Positions 10,456 through 21,466 of a stretch of 60,361 bases of DNA are shown in pieces (the stretch's first letter is position 1; each line of letters opens with the position of its first letter). The stretch is from Minisyncoccota bacterium. GTDB lineage: Bacteria; Patescibacteriota; Microgenomatia; UBA1400; UBA12028. The position numbers and the translations under genes were made by a program. The notes below the pieces were generated by a model that did no database searches, was not told the DNA's origin, and was given only the letters and a program-made list of their open reading frames with translations. The stretch is from the NCBI GenBank assembly GCA_003487265.1, contig DNEP01000010.1:1-60361 (forward strand), written 5' to 3'.

Positions 10456-10484
10456 TTGTCAGCCCGACAAACCTCTGATAGAAT
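10456..10484 (+). promoter_or_regulatory. sigma70-like promoter of rplS (candidate leaderless)
   Basis: TTGTCA (10456-10461), a 17-nt spacer, then TAGAAT (10479-10484). The ATG at 10494 is only 9 nt downstream and has no SD. Confidence 0.45.
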
Positions 10485-10493
10485 GCATCTCCT

Positions 10494-10835
10494 ATGGCAA
10501 AGTATTTAAACGTAGCTGGAACCGAAGCATCTGTTGGCGACACTATCTTGGTGTACACCCAGATCAATGAGGGTGAAAAAACCCGTCTTCAAATTTTTGA
10601 AGGTATCTTAATTGCCGTGAACAACCGCAAGGAAAATACTTCCTTTGTTGTCCGAAAAATCGCCACAGATAGTATTGGAGTCGAACGCATTTTCCCAGTC
10701 GATAGCCCTACCGTTGCCAAAATCGAGGTTAAGCGAAAGGGGAAGGTTAAACGCGCAAAGCTTTCCTATCTTCGCGGAAAAGTTGGAAAAATGGCGACAA
10801 AAGTAAAACAAGAGGTTTCCAACACTGCAAAATAA
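10494..10835 (+). CDS. rplS: 50S ribosomal protein L19
   Basis: 113 aa; GDTILVYTQINEGEKTRLQIFEGILIA...RKIATDSIGVERIFPV is classic L19. Confidence 0.95.
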   Translation: MAKYLNVAGTEASVGDTILVYTQINEGEKTRLQIFEGILIAVNNRKENTSFVVRKIATDSIGVERIFPVDSPTVAKIEVKRKGKVKRAKLSYLRGKVGKMATKVKQEVSNTAK

Positions 10836-11169
10836 GCGCGCACTAGGTTTTCAAGCTGAATCGCTCGCAGCCTCGTATCTCCTTTCAAAAAAGTATTCTG
10901 TTCTTGATAGAAACGTTTCGTCTCGTTATGGGGAAATCGATATTATCGCGCTGAATCCCAATACATCGCGGATTGTATGCGTTGAAGTAAAGTCTTCACA
11001 TGTCATTGAGTCCGCATATGAAGCGATATCTCATCTAAAACTGCTGAAAATGATCAAAACTTGGCAACAGGTACAACGCGGATACCCAAATCTTGAGGTT
11101 CAAATCGACGCGATTATTGTTCAGGAAAATTGCGTTGTCGCACACATAGAAAACATCGCGTTGTCGTGA
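10825..11169 (+). CDS. yraN: YraN/UPF0102 family endonuclease-like protein (non-ATG start, probably CTG)
   Basis: Frame open 10807..11169 but absent from the ORF track. It reads ..QNKRALGFQAESLAASYLLSKKYSVLDRNVSSRYGEIDIIA...VCVEVKS, which is YraN-like. There is no ATG/GTG/TTG near the N-terminus. CTG 10825 lies 9 nt after AAGAGG (10810-10815). Confidence 0.6.
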   Translation: MQNKRALGFQAESLAASYLLSKKYSVLDRNVSSRYGEIDIIALNPNTSRIVCVEVKSSHVIESAYEAISHLKLLKMIKTWQQVQRGYPNLEVQIDAIIVQENCVVAHIENIALS

Positions 11170-11197
11170 TAAAATCATGATTCCTGAGTTCTTCTGG

Positions 11198-11269
11198 GGG
11201 TCCGTAGCTCAGTGGTAGAGCAGGAGCCTTTTAAGCTCTGTGTCGTGGGTTCAATCCCCACCGGACCCA
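11198..11269 (+). tRNA. tRNA-Lys (anticodon TTT)
   Basis: Acceptor GGGTCCG/CGGACCC, anticodon stem GGAGC/GCTCT with loop CT-TTT-AA, T arm GTGGGTTCAATCCCCAC. Confidence 0.9.
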
Positions 11270-11311
11270 CACGTCAATCATTTGTGACGAGAGATAGAAA
11301 AAGTGAATATA

Positions 11312-11385
11312 GGCCCCATCGTCTAGTGGTCTAGGACGTCGGGTTTTCATCCCGAAAATCGAGGGTCCGAATCCCTCTGGGGTCA
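11312..11385 (+). tRNA. tRNA-Glu (anticodon TTC)
   Basis: Acceptor GGCCCCA/TGGGGTC, anticodon stem TCGGG/CCCGA with loop TT-TTC-AT, T arm GAGGGTCCGAATCCCTC. Confidence 0.9.
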
Positions 11386-11408
11386 CAGCATCGGGAAAAA
11401 GTGAACTT

Positions 11409-12737
11409 TTATTCTTTCTTTCCTTGCTCGAGTGAAAGATAGCGCTCAACTTTATTTAGATCGAGCACTCGGTACGTGATCTCTTCATCACCAGTCCACA
11501 CTGATTTTTCGTTGGTAAATTGATACAACTGTGCTTTAATCTCAGCATGTGTTGCCTTTCCAGTTGAAACGATGCTCTGGATAATTTCGGTGATGACAGG
11601 AGTTGCATAACTACTCGCAGGCGAGAAGCCGAACGCTTTTAAATCTTCGGTCGAAACATACACGTCTGCACCTAGTGAAGTAGGTGCTTTAAATCCTGAT
11701 TCAGTTCCTTCAAACCCGACAACAATCATATTTTCCGACAATTTACCCTGAGTTTTCAACCAAGTACGCACCTTGCGAATATCGGGTAGTTGTAATCCTC
11801 GCTGATACGTTGGATTTCCTCCTGCTACCACAAACATTTTTTCTGGATGAAATCCCGCAATTGCATTCAATAGTGCGTAATTTGAATACGTGTGTTTTCC
11901 TGCATATCCATCTGCGAATGTTACGCGTCTATCATTTGGTTCACTGGTGACAATCTCAAATTCTTCCGATAGCTGTAAAATTCTTTGATACTCAACTTCT
12001 GAAATTTCATTTCCTTGATAATCTTTATATGTTGTCTTGTCTCCAATGGTAACCGTGCTCGGCATTTTTCTTGCGAGTTCGGGGTATTTCGGTTGTTTTT
12101 TATAAAGTTCGTATGTTAATGAAAAAACACCCAGCTGAATACTCATGTTGATAATGCTGTCTGATAGTTTTGCCACAAGTGCATGTATCTTTTTTGCATC
12201 GACCATGACCTGAAGCGATGGATTGCCTAACTCATCGTAGGTTACCTCTCCGAGCGTGATTGCATCAGAAATCGAAAGTGTTGATGGTTGCTCAAATGCT
12301 TTTCGGGGATGGAAAAATCTTGAAACCGCGTGTAATACTGAAACAACTTGTTCTCCATGTTTTGAACGTTGTTGAATAAAATGCGTCAACATGAGCAATC
12401 GAACATGATCGTCATTCTTAGGAACGGCTTGAAGGATGTTATCTGGGGATGATGAATCTTCCACGTTCATTTCTTTCCAAGCTCGGGCTTCAGAAAATTC
12501 TGGTGGAAACGCGGATGTAATAAACTTTTGTTTTGTTTTCTCTAGATCAAAAAAATCCAAAACACGTATTGTAGGTTGAAGCTTCCTCTCTGGCGATTTT
12601 ACGCCTTCAGCCTTTTGAAATAAAGAAGGCATTCGTCTTAAAACTTCTTCAACAAAGAAGGTCCAGATTGATAATTTTAGGAAATCGCGACGAGAAAGGG
12701 TATCCTGCTTTTGAAGCAACTGATCTTTTGAAGTCAT
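11409..12737 (-). CDS. divergent subtilase (S8)-like protein
   Basis: 442 aa with candidate D/H/N/S elements in S8 order: IRVLDFFD, KHGEQVVSVLH, FVVAGGNPTY, PASSYATPVITEII. The N-terminus contains SRRDFLKLS. Confidence 0.45.
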   Translation of the reverse strand: MTSKDQLLQKQDTLSRRDFLKLSIWTFFVEEVLRRMPSLFQKAEGVKSPERKLQPTIRVLDFFDLEKTKQKFITSAFPPEFSEARAWKEMNVEDSSSPDNILQAVPKNDDHVRLLMLTHFIQQRSKHGEQVVSVLHAVSRFFHPRKAFEQPSTLSISDAITLGEVTYDELGNPSLQVMVDAKKIHALVAKLSDSIINMSIQLGVFSLTYELYKKQPKYPELARKMPSTVTIGDKTTYKDYQGNEISEVEYQRILQLSEEFEIVTSEPNDRRVTFADGYAGKHTYSNYALLNAIAGFHPEKMFVVAGGNPTYQRGLQLPDIRKVRTWLKTQGKLSENMIVVGFEGTESGFKAPTSLGADVYVSTEDLKAFGFSPASSYATPVITEIIQSIVSTGKATHAEIKAQLYQFTNEKSVWTGDEEITYRVLDLNKVERYLSLEQGKKE

Positions 12738-12806
12738 GACAAAATTGTATCAAATCGAGCGAAAATATATAGCACACCCTCTTGACGATTGGAGTACAAT
12801 TTGTGC

Positions 12807-13061
12807 ATGACAAACGAACTCTCTCAAGCAATCTCGGAAATTGCTTCCAAAAACCCCGAACTCACACAAAAAATCACAGAGCTCACCACCCAACTGGTTG
12901 GTTTGATGGGTGCAGAACAAACGCTTCAAGACATTATTTCTTGGATTACAGAACTGTGCGAGTGTTTTGAAGATTCGGGACTTGTTGCTGGAGGAGCGGC
13001 ATTGCTCATCCTTATTGGCGTTCTTATATATCAATTTAAAAATGCAAAACGTGGTATATAA
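12807..13061 (+). CDS. small tail-anchored membrane protein upstream of atpB
   Basis: Track ORF 12789 (TTG) trimmed to ATG 12807, 6 nt after TACAAT (12795-12800). It has a helical N-terminus and a C-terminal TM (LVAGGAALLILIGVLIY). Confidence 0.5.
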   Translation: MTNELSQAISEIASKNPELTQKITELTTQLVGLMGAEQTLQDIISWITELCECFEDSGLVAGGAALLILIGVLIYQFKNAKRGI

Positions 13062-13125
13062 ACTCAGATTCTCGTTTTTCCCTCTTGCAAACAGAAAAAA
13101 CGCCCTATAAAATTCAATTTATCCT

Positions 13126-14037
13126 ATGGATGCGCTACATATTTCGATTTCGGCTGAACCGATTGCTCATTTTGCTGGGCTCACGATTACGAACTCTATG
13201 TTCACCGCGAGTATTGTTACCTTTTTTATTATCGTTTTTTCTCTTTATTTCAACTCGATAATCACATATTCTGGAAAACCTTCTCGACTACAGGTTATGT
13301 TTGAATCGATTATTGAGGCTTTGATGGGTCTCATTGAAGGGGTTGCAGGAAAGGGAGCGAAATCCCGTGCGTTTGCTCCATTTATTGTTTCGTTTTTCTT
13401 TTTTATTATTTTGAACAACTGGATTGGACTTATCCCTGGAGTCGGCACAATTGGAATAATTGAAGAACCAAACACGATTGAGGCAAATGTTGTTCAACAG
13501 GTTAAAGCAACAACACATGAAGAATCAATTGAAGAAACAACTGAAGTTGCTGTTCATGAATCAACCGAGCTTTTTCAATCAGAAACCGCGGAAGCCGTTG
13601 CGTCCGAGGAAACCATTTCTCATGTTGGTCCAAAGTTTGTTCCACTTTTCCGTCCCGCAACGGCCGATCTTAACACCACGCTCGCTCTCGCGCTTATTTC
13701 CATGTCACTCGTTCAATTTTTTGGAGTTAAATATCAAAAAATGGGGTACTTCAAAAAGTTTCTCGACATTTCAAGTCCCATCGCGTTTATTGTTGGAATT
13801 CTCGAGTTGGTTTCTGAATTTGCGAAAGTGATTTCATTTTCATTCCGTCTCTTTGGAAATATTTTTGCAGGAGAAGTCTTACTTAGCGTCATTTTGGCCC
13901 TCGTCCCAGTTGTGATCCCAATGCCTTTTTACGGACTCGAGATTTTTGTTGGATTCATTCAGGCGGTCGTGTTTTCAATTTTGTCGTTGGCGTTTTTCAA
14001 TATGGCTACCCTTGGTCATGGGGAAGAACACGCGTAA
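13126..14037 (+). CDS. atpB: F0F1 ATP synthase subunit a
   Basis: Motifs NNWIGLIPG, PATADLNTTLALAL and SFSFRLFGNIFAGE (conserved Arg). It is 303 aa because of an acidic insertion. Confidence 0.9.
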   Translation: MDALHISISAEPIAHFAGLTITNSMFTASIVTFFIIVFSLYFNSIITYSGKPSRLQVMFESIIEALMGLIEGVAGKGAKSRAFAPFIVSFFFFIILNNWIGLIPGVGTIGIIEEPNTIEANVVQQVKATTHEESIEETTEVAVHESTELFQSETAEAVASEETISHVGPKFVPLFRPATADLNTTLALALISMSLVQFFGVKYQKMGYFKKFLDISSPIAFIVGILELVSEFAKVISFSFRLFGNIFAGEVLLSVILALVPVVIPMPFYGLEIFVGFIQAVVFSILSLAFFNMATLGHGEEHA

Positions 14038-14064
14038 TAAAAGGTATTCATTTAAAGGAGTAAC

Positions 14065-14277
14065 ATGAAAGATCTCGCAATTGGTTTAACAATGGGTCTT
14101 GGATCACTTGGCCCTGCGATTGGTATTGGAATGCTCGTTTCTGCAGGTTTGCAGGCAATCGGACGAAATCCCGAAGCTTCGTCAAAGATTCAAACAAACA
14201 TGGTTCTTGGTATTGCATTTGCTGAAGCAGTCGCGATTTACGCGCTTGTTGTCGCACTCATCATTAAGTTCGTATAA
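14065..14277 (+). CDS. atpE: F0F1 ATP synthase subunit c
   Basis: 70-aa hairpin with GRNPE loop and the carboxylate in GIAFAEAVAIY. Confidence 0.9.
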   Translation: MKDLAIGLTMGLGSLGPAIGIGMLVSAGLQAIGRNPEASSKIQTNMVLGIAFAEAVAIYALVVALIIKFV

Positions 14278-14292
14278 CAATAAAGGAGCGAG

Positions 14293-14781
14293 ATGGAAAT
14301 TAAATTAGCACAAATCTTGTTCCAAATGATCAACTTTGGTGTTGTCTTTGGCGCAATCACGTTTCTTGTGTACAAACCAATTCTCAAGGTTCTTGATGAA
14401 CGTGCGCGAAAGGCGGAAGAGGTTGATCGTTCTGCTGTTGAAGCTGAGCAAGCTAAACAGGAAATTGAGTCTCTGAAGCAAAAAGCATTGCGTGAAGCAG
14501 AACAACAGGGCGCGAAAATCATGGAAAAAGCCAAAGATGAAGCCAAGTCCGCAAAACAGAAGTTGATGGAAGAGGCAAAACTTGAAGCAAAGGCAGATCA
14601 AGAAAAAGCGAAAAAAGCATTAGATTCCGAAAAGAAAGCGATTCTTGAGTCGATGCGCTCAGAATTCAGCTCCACTGTTTTTATGGTCGCCGAAAAGCTT
14701 GTCGGAAAGTCTCTCGATTCCAAATCACATTCCACGCTTATTGATGAAGGTATTCAGGAGCTTGCTTCGAGCATGAAATAA
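14293..14781 (+). CDS. atpF: F0F1 ATP synthase subunit b
   Basis: An N-terminal TM followed by a long charged helix, at the expected operon position. Confidence 0.85.
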   Translation: MEIKLAQILFQMINFGVVFGAITFLVYKPILKVLDERARKAEEVDRSAVEAEQAKQEIESLKQKALREAEQQGAKIMEKAKDEAKSAKQKLMEEAKLEAKADQEKAKKALDSEKKAILESMRSEFSSTVFMVAEKLVGKSLDSKSHSTLIDEGIQELASSMK

Positions 14782-14783
14782 GT

Positions 14784-14987
14784 ATGCATATTGTTGTTGA
14801 ATCCGTCATCGCACTGTCATCCAATCAAAAGAAAAAACTCGCTGATCTTTTTGAGAAAAAATACGGATCTCGGGAGTTTAAAGAAAAGATTGAACCGACA
14901 CTTTTAGGTGGCATTCGTGTAACGGTAGGCTCAACACAGTACGATTCATCGTTATTCGGAAGTTTGACGCAAATGAGGAACGCATGA
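14784..14987 (+). CDS. atpH: ATP synthase subunit delta, C-terminal domain only (67 aa)
   Basis: It sits between atpF (2-nt gap) and atpA (ATGA overlap). [28 protein letters not shown] resembles the C-terminal end of delta/OSCP. Confidence 0.6.
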   Translation: MHIVVESVIALSSNQKKKLADLFEKKYGSREFKEKIEPTLLGGIRVTVGSTQYDSSLFGSLTQMRNA

Positions 14988-16491
14988 GCACATCATCTTT
15001 TTTTGATCAACTCAAGGAACGAATTCAGGCAATCAAACCGATTTCTACAGTTAAAAGTGTTGGCCACATCACCGCATTTGGTGATGGCATTGCATTTGTT
15101 GATGGGTTAGACGAAGTGATGTCGGGTGAGCTCGTGTTGATCAATCATTCCGCATTTGCGTTAGCCTTGAACTTAAACAAGGCGTCTGTCGGTCTCGTTT
15201 TACTTGATCCATCAACAAAAATTAAAGCGGGCGATATGGTTGAGACAACCGGTCGTCTTCTTTCTATCGGTGTTTCCGATGAAATCATCGGTCGCGTGGT
15301 CAACCCACTCGGCGAAGTGTTGGATGGAAAATCTCAAATTTCAGTTTCAAAATACCAATCACTCGAAAAAATAGCTCCAGGTGTGATTACGCGAAAATCG
15401 GTCACCGTTCCGTTGCAAACAGGAATAAAAGCCATTGACGCAATGATTCCGATCGGTCGTGGTCAACGCGAACTGATTATTGGCGATCGTGGAACCGGAA
15501 AATCTTCGATAGCTCTCGGTACGATTTTAAATCAAAAATCAGAAAACGTGATCTGTGTGTATGTCGCGATCGGTCAAAAACGCGCGTTTCTCGCACAAAC
15601 GCACGCGTTACTCGAAAAAGCAGGTGCGATGAACTACACGGTCATTGTTTCGGCATCAGCATCAGATCCCGCTTCGATGCAGTTTTTGGCTCCATACAGC
15701 GGCGTTTCCATTGCCGAGTACTTTTTGGAGCAGGGGAAAGACGTACTTGTAATATATGACGATCTTTCAAAACACGCGGTTGCGTATCGCGAGATTTCTT
15801 TATTACTTCATCGCCCTTCGGGTCGTGAAGCGTATCCTGGGGATGTGTTCTACCTTCACTCAAGACTTCTCGAACGCGCCTGTCGTTTGAACGAAGATTT
15901 TGGAGGTGGCTCAATTACCGCTCTCCCAATTATTGAAACGCAAGCGGGAGATGTGTCTGCGTATATTCCCACCAATGTGATTTCAATTACCGACGGACAG
16001 ATCTATCTCGAAGCCGACTTGTTTAATGCGGGAACAAAACCAGCAATTAACGTCGGACTTTCCGTTTCACGCGTTGGTTCAGCAGCGCAACTAAAAGCGA
16101 TGAAGCAGGTTGCGGGAAAAATGCGACTTGATCTCGCGCAATATCGCGAACTTGCCGCATTTGCGCAGTTCTCTTCCGACCTCGATCCAAAAACGAAGGC
16201 CTCGCTCGATCGTGGCGCGCGCGTCGCCGCAATCTTAAACCAAGTTTGGGATGCCCCACTTTCTGTTGAAGAGCAAGTTGTTGTCATTTTTGGCGCAACG
16301 AACGGATATGTGGATGCGGTAAAGGTTGAACTCGCTTCCCTCTGGGAAAAATCCTTTTTGGAATACATGCGTCTACAAAAGCAGTCTATTCTTGATTCAA
16401 TCAAAAAAGAACAGAAGATTACTGATGAGACGGAAAAGGCGTTGCGTTTAGCACTTCAATCCTTTAACGATCTTCATCATGAGTGGACGAT

Positions 16492-16495
<4 letters not shown>
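14984..16495 (+). CDS. atpA: F0F1 ATP synthase subunit alpha
   Basis: Walker [26 protein letters not shown]; 503 aa. Confidence 0.95.
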
Positions 16496-18754
<2,259 letters not shown>

Positions 18755-18777
18755 CGTTTTGTTTTGTATAGACACAT

Positions 18778-19218
18778 ATGATAACAAAACTCATGCTCAC
18801 CATCATCACACAAGAAAAAGAACTTTTAAAACTCGAGGTTGATCAAGTGACGGCCGAAACCGCTTCGGGGCAGATTACAATTTTACCGAACCACATTCCA
18901 CTTTTCACACGCATGCAAGCAGGTGAGCTCGTGTATAAAATCAACGCACAAGAACAATCGGTGGTCGTGATGGATGGATTTCTTGATGTCTCTCCTAATA
19001 ATGCGATTACCGTATTGACCGACTCTGCCACACTTGCGCGCGATCTTTCGGTTGCGCAAGCCGAGGAAGCACGACAAAAAGCCGAGGAGGCGATGAAGGT
19101 AAAGGTTGACCGTCGACAGATTCTGATGGCGGAAGCCTCACTTCGAAAAGCGATGTTGGAACTGCAAGTAGCAAGGAAGCGATCGGGGAAGGCGCAGTTG
19201 GGAATTAAGACGGAATAG
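18778..19218 (+). CDS. atpC: F0F1 ATP synthase subunit epsilon
   Basis: Last gene of the operon; ASGQITILPNHIPLFT is epsilon-like. An alternative start is ATG 18793. Confidence 0.85.
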   Translation: MITKLMLTIITQEKELLKLEVDQVTAETASGQITILPNHIPLFTRMQAGELVYKINAQEQSVVVMDGFLDVSPNNAITVLTDSATLARDLSVAQAEEARQKAEEAMKVKVDRRQILMAEASLRKAMLELQVARKRSGKAQLGIKTE

Positions 19219-21355
19219 GGTTTTCGTCATCACCCAGTTCAATTGCGTACGGATCGTTTAGATCAGTTTCCAAACCAGCATCTGTTTCATCAATTTCAAT
19301 GTCATACCGTTTATCAATATTAGGGAAAATTCCAAATTGATATGGATCATTTTGAAGAATCTTTTTGATGTATTCGAAATCACCAGGGTTTTCTAGAAGA
19401 AAATCGCTTATACGAATGAGATATCTTGAAAGTTGATCCAAATTCGCAAGGACCGCATCTCGTCTGTTTGGTGAGTATTTTGCATATGCTTGAATAATTA
19501 CCTCAACATCTGCAGTAATTATCCGCGATCTTTCCTTAAACAGCGTCGAAATCTTTTGTGACAATTCAGCAAGAATAGTTGAAATATCTTGTGGAAAATG
19601 AACTGAAAACGTCTTAAAAAAATCATACATGACGCATATATCCTCAAGTCGATAATCTAATTCATCGCTCAATGTGAGTTGTTGGATTGAAGGTTGGTGT
19701 TTAAATCTTCTGTCCCCATACTGATATAGATATCCTGAATCTAAAAGGTAGATCGCTCCATAATCAATTTTCATTCTCCAAATTTTTGATCCCCAATGCG
19801 TTATCACAAAATCAATAACATTGTCAGCAACAAAACAGTGCAACTCGGGTTTATGCTCACTTTGAAAATACTTCGAGCTGTGAAAGTATCTTTGAAGCCA
19901 ACTATGAATATGTGGTGGAGCTTCTGGACCAATTATTGTAATCGTTTCATGAAAATCAGTTTTGCTGGATGAATTAAGCAAATTCCATAATCGAGAAATG
20001 AGGGGGTCTACTAAAAATAGCATATCTTCAATTTCTGTCTTGAGCAATGGCTCTCTAAAGACAATCGTAGAAATAAATTCTTGTCTGTTTATCGGATCAA
20101 ATAACTCAGGTATTTTCTGTAGCGTAAGAATCATACGAGCAAGTCGCTGATATCCTTTTGAAAGCTCATGAATAAGTTGAGGCAGATGCACCTCGAGCTC
20201 AGACGAGAGAAGAAGCCATTTAATGTTCTCAAATTCTGGAAAAAGCAACGTGAATGGTGCGGCGTTTGCATCACCGCTTTCGAGGTCTGGAACATCCAAA
20301 CCATATGAATCTGGGCTCGACTGAATGACTGATCTGAGCTGTGGAAGATTTAATTGAGTATCGAATACTGCTTGACCGATTGATTTCATTTGAGCTATCA
20401 AGTATGCGACATATTGAATGAAATATCCTAGATCTGTATTTGAAAGTGGAGTCAGTATTTCACGCACAGGAAAATCGAGTTGACACGCATCGATCTTTTC
20501 CTGATATATCGTTGCAACCACCTGAATAAGATCATCAAATTCTGTTGTGTTGGCGGACTCAAAAGTTTTCACAATAGAATTTGTATCGGTTCCATTTGTG
20601 TTGCGAAGAATTGCAAGAAAGAGCAAAAGATTTGCAATATCATACGGTTCACCGACATGCATAAATGAATGATAATAATCTGGATATTCACCTGCATCAT
20701 GAGAATTATTAACAACATGCTTGGACATCGGAATGAAGCGAACACGACCATCTTCAGTAAACGAAACGGCCCATTTTGATCGAGATACAGAAGAGTCAAC
20801 AATCACAATTTGATACCACAGGGTGTCTGATTCATCCTTAAATTGTTTTACAGAAAGTTGTGAAGATCGTAATGGCGAAAACTCCTTTTCATCAAGTAAT
20901 GCTAAAAAGAATCTCGAGAACATATCTTGTTCTTTTTCTTCATGTTCACAAATAAGCTCGAACTGTAACGAACCTAGATGCCATAATCCGTTTAATCGTG
21001 AATTAATAACTCGATTTAGGTTAATAAAAAGAAGTCGAACGACCACTTGCAAGCGTTCTTGGATACGCCTCTCTTCATCTTCCGATAAAATCTCAAATGC
21101 GCCATGGATTACAATTCTTTTTTGAAGTGAACCATCGTTTGGACGATTGTTTTTCTCTTGTGCAAGTTGACAGAGCTGAAACAAGAGTCGTTCATACGAA
21201 ACGACTGTTTTCGGAATTGAAGACTCGAGTTTTAACAGTACTTTTCGTAATTCATCATCATTAAAAAAGTCTTGTTCAAGTTGCAACTGCAGTTCTTGAA
21301 ATTGAGAACCTTGAAGTTGTTCAAGTTGACGTGGTGCATTTTCGGGAATGTACAT
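19205..21355 (-). CDS. large cytoplasmic orphan protein (716 aa)
   Basis: Long uninterrupted ORF that is visibly AT-rich, with no TM or signal sequence and no motif I recognise. It overlaps atpC tail-to-tail by 14 nt. Confidence 0.7.
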   Translation of the reverse strand: MYIPENAPRQLEQLQGSQFQELQLQLEQDFFNDDELRKVLLKLESSIPKTVVSYERLLFQLCQLAQEKNNRPNDGSLQKRIVIHGAFEILSEDEERRIQERLQVVVRLLFINLNRVINSRLNGLWHLGSLQFELICEHEEKEQDMFSRFFLALLDEKEFSPLRSSQLSVKQFKDESDTLWYQIVIVDSSVSRSKWAVSFTEDGRVRFIPMSKHVVNNSHDAGEYPDYYHSFMHVGEPYDIANLLLFLAILRNTNGTDTNSIVKTFESANTTEFDDLIQVVATIYQEKIDACQLDFPVREILTPLSNTDLGYFIQYVAYLIAQMKSIGQAVFDTQLNLPQLRSVIQSSPDSYGLDVPDLESGDANAAPFTLLFPEFENIKWLLLSSELEVHLPQLIHELSKGYQRLARMILTLQKIPELFDPINRQEFISTIVFREPLLKTEIEDMLFLVDPLISRLWNLLNSSSKTDFHETITIIGPEAPPHIHSWLQRYFHSSKYFQSEHKPELHCFVADNVIDFVITHWGSKIWRMKIDYGAIYLLDSGYLYQYGDRRFKHQPSIQQLTLSDELDYRLEDICVMYDFFKTFSVHFPQDISTILAELSQKISTLFKERSRIITADVEVIIQAYAKYSPNRRDAVLANLDQLSRYLIRISDFLLENPGDFEYIKKILQNDPYQFGIFPNIDKRYDIEIDETDAGLETDLNDPYAIELGDDENPIPS

Positions 21356-21417
21356 AGGTGAAAATAATCGATTTGCGAATGATTATACCAAAAAAACAGT
21401 TTGCTCCATCCCCCTAC

Positions 21418-21446
21418 TTTACACCACCACATAAACTTCGTACAAT
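21418..21446 (+). promoter_or_regulatory. greA promoter
   Basis: TTTACA (21418-21423), a 17-nt spacer, TACAAT (21441-21446), then AAGGAG and ATG 21467. Confidence 0.5.
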
Positions 21447-21466
21447 GCGCTATTCAAGGAGAAAAC

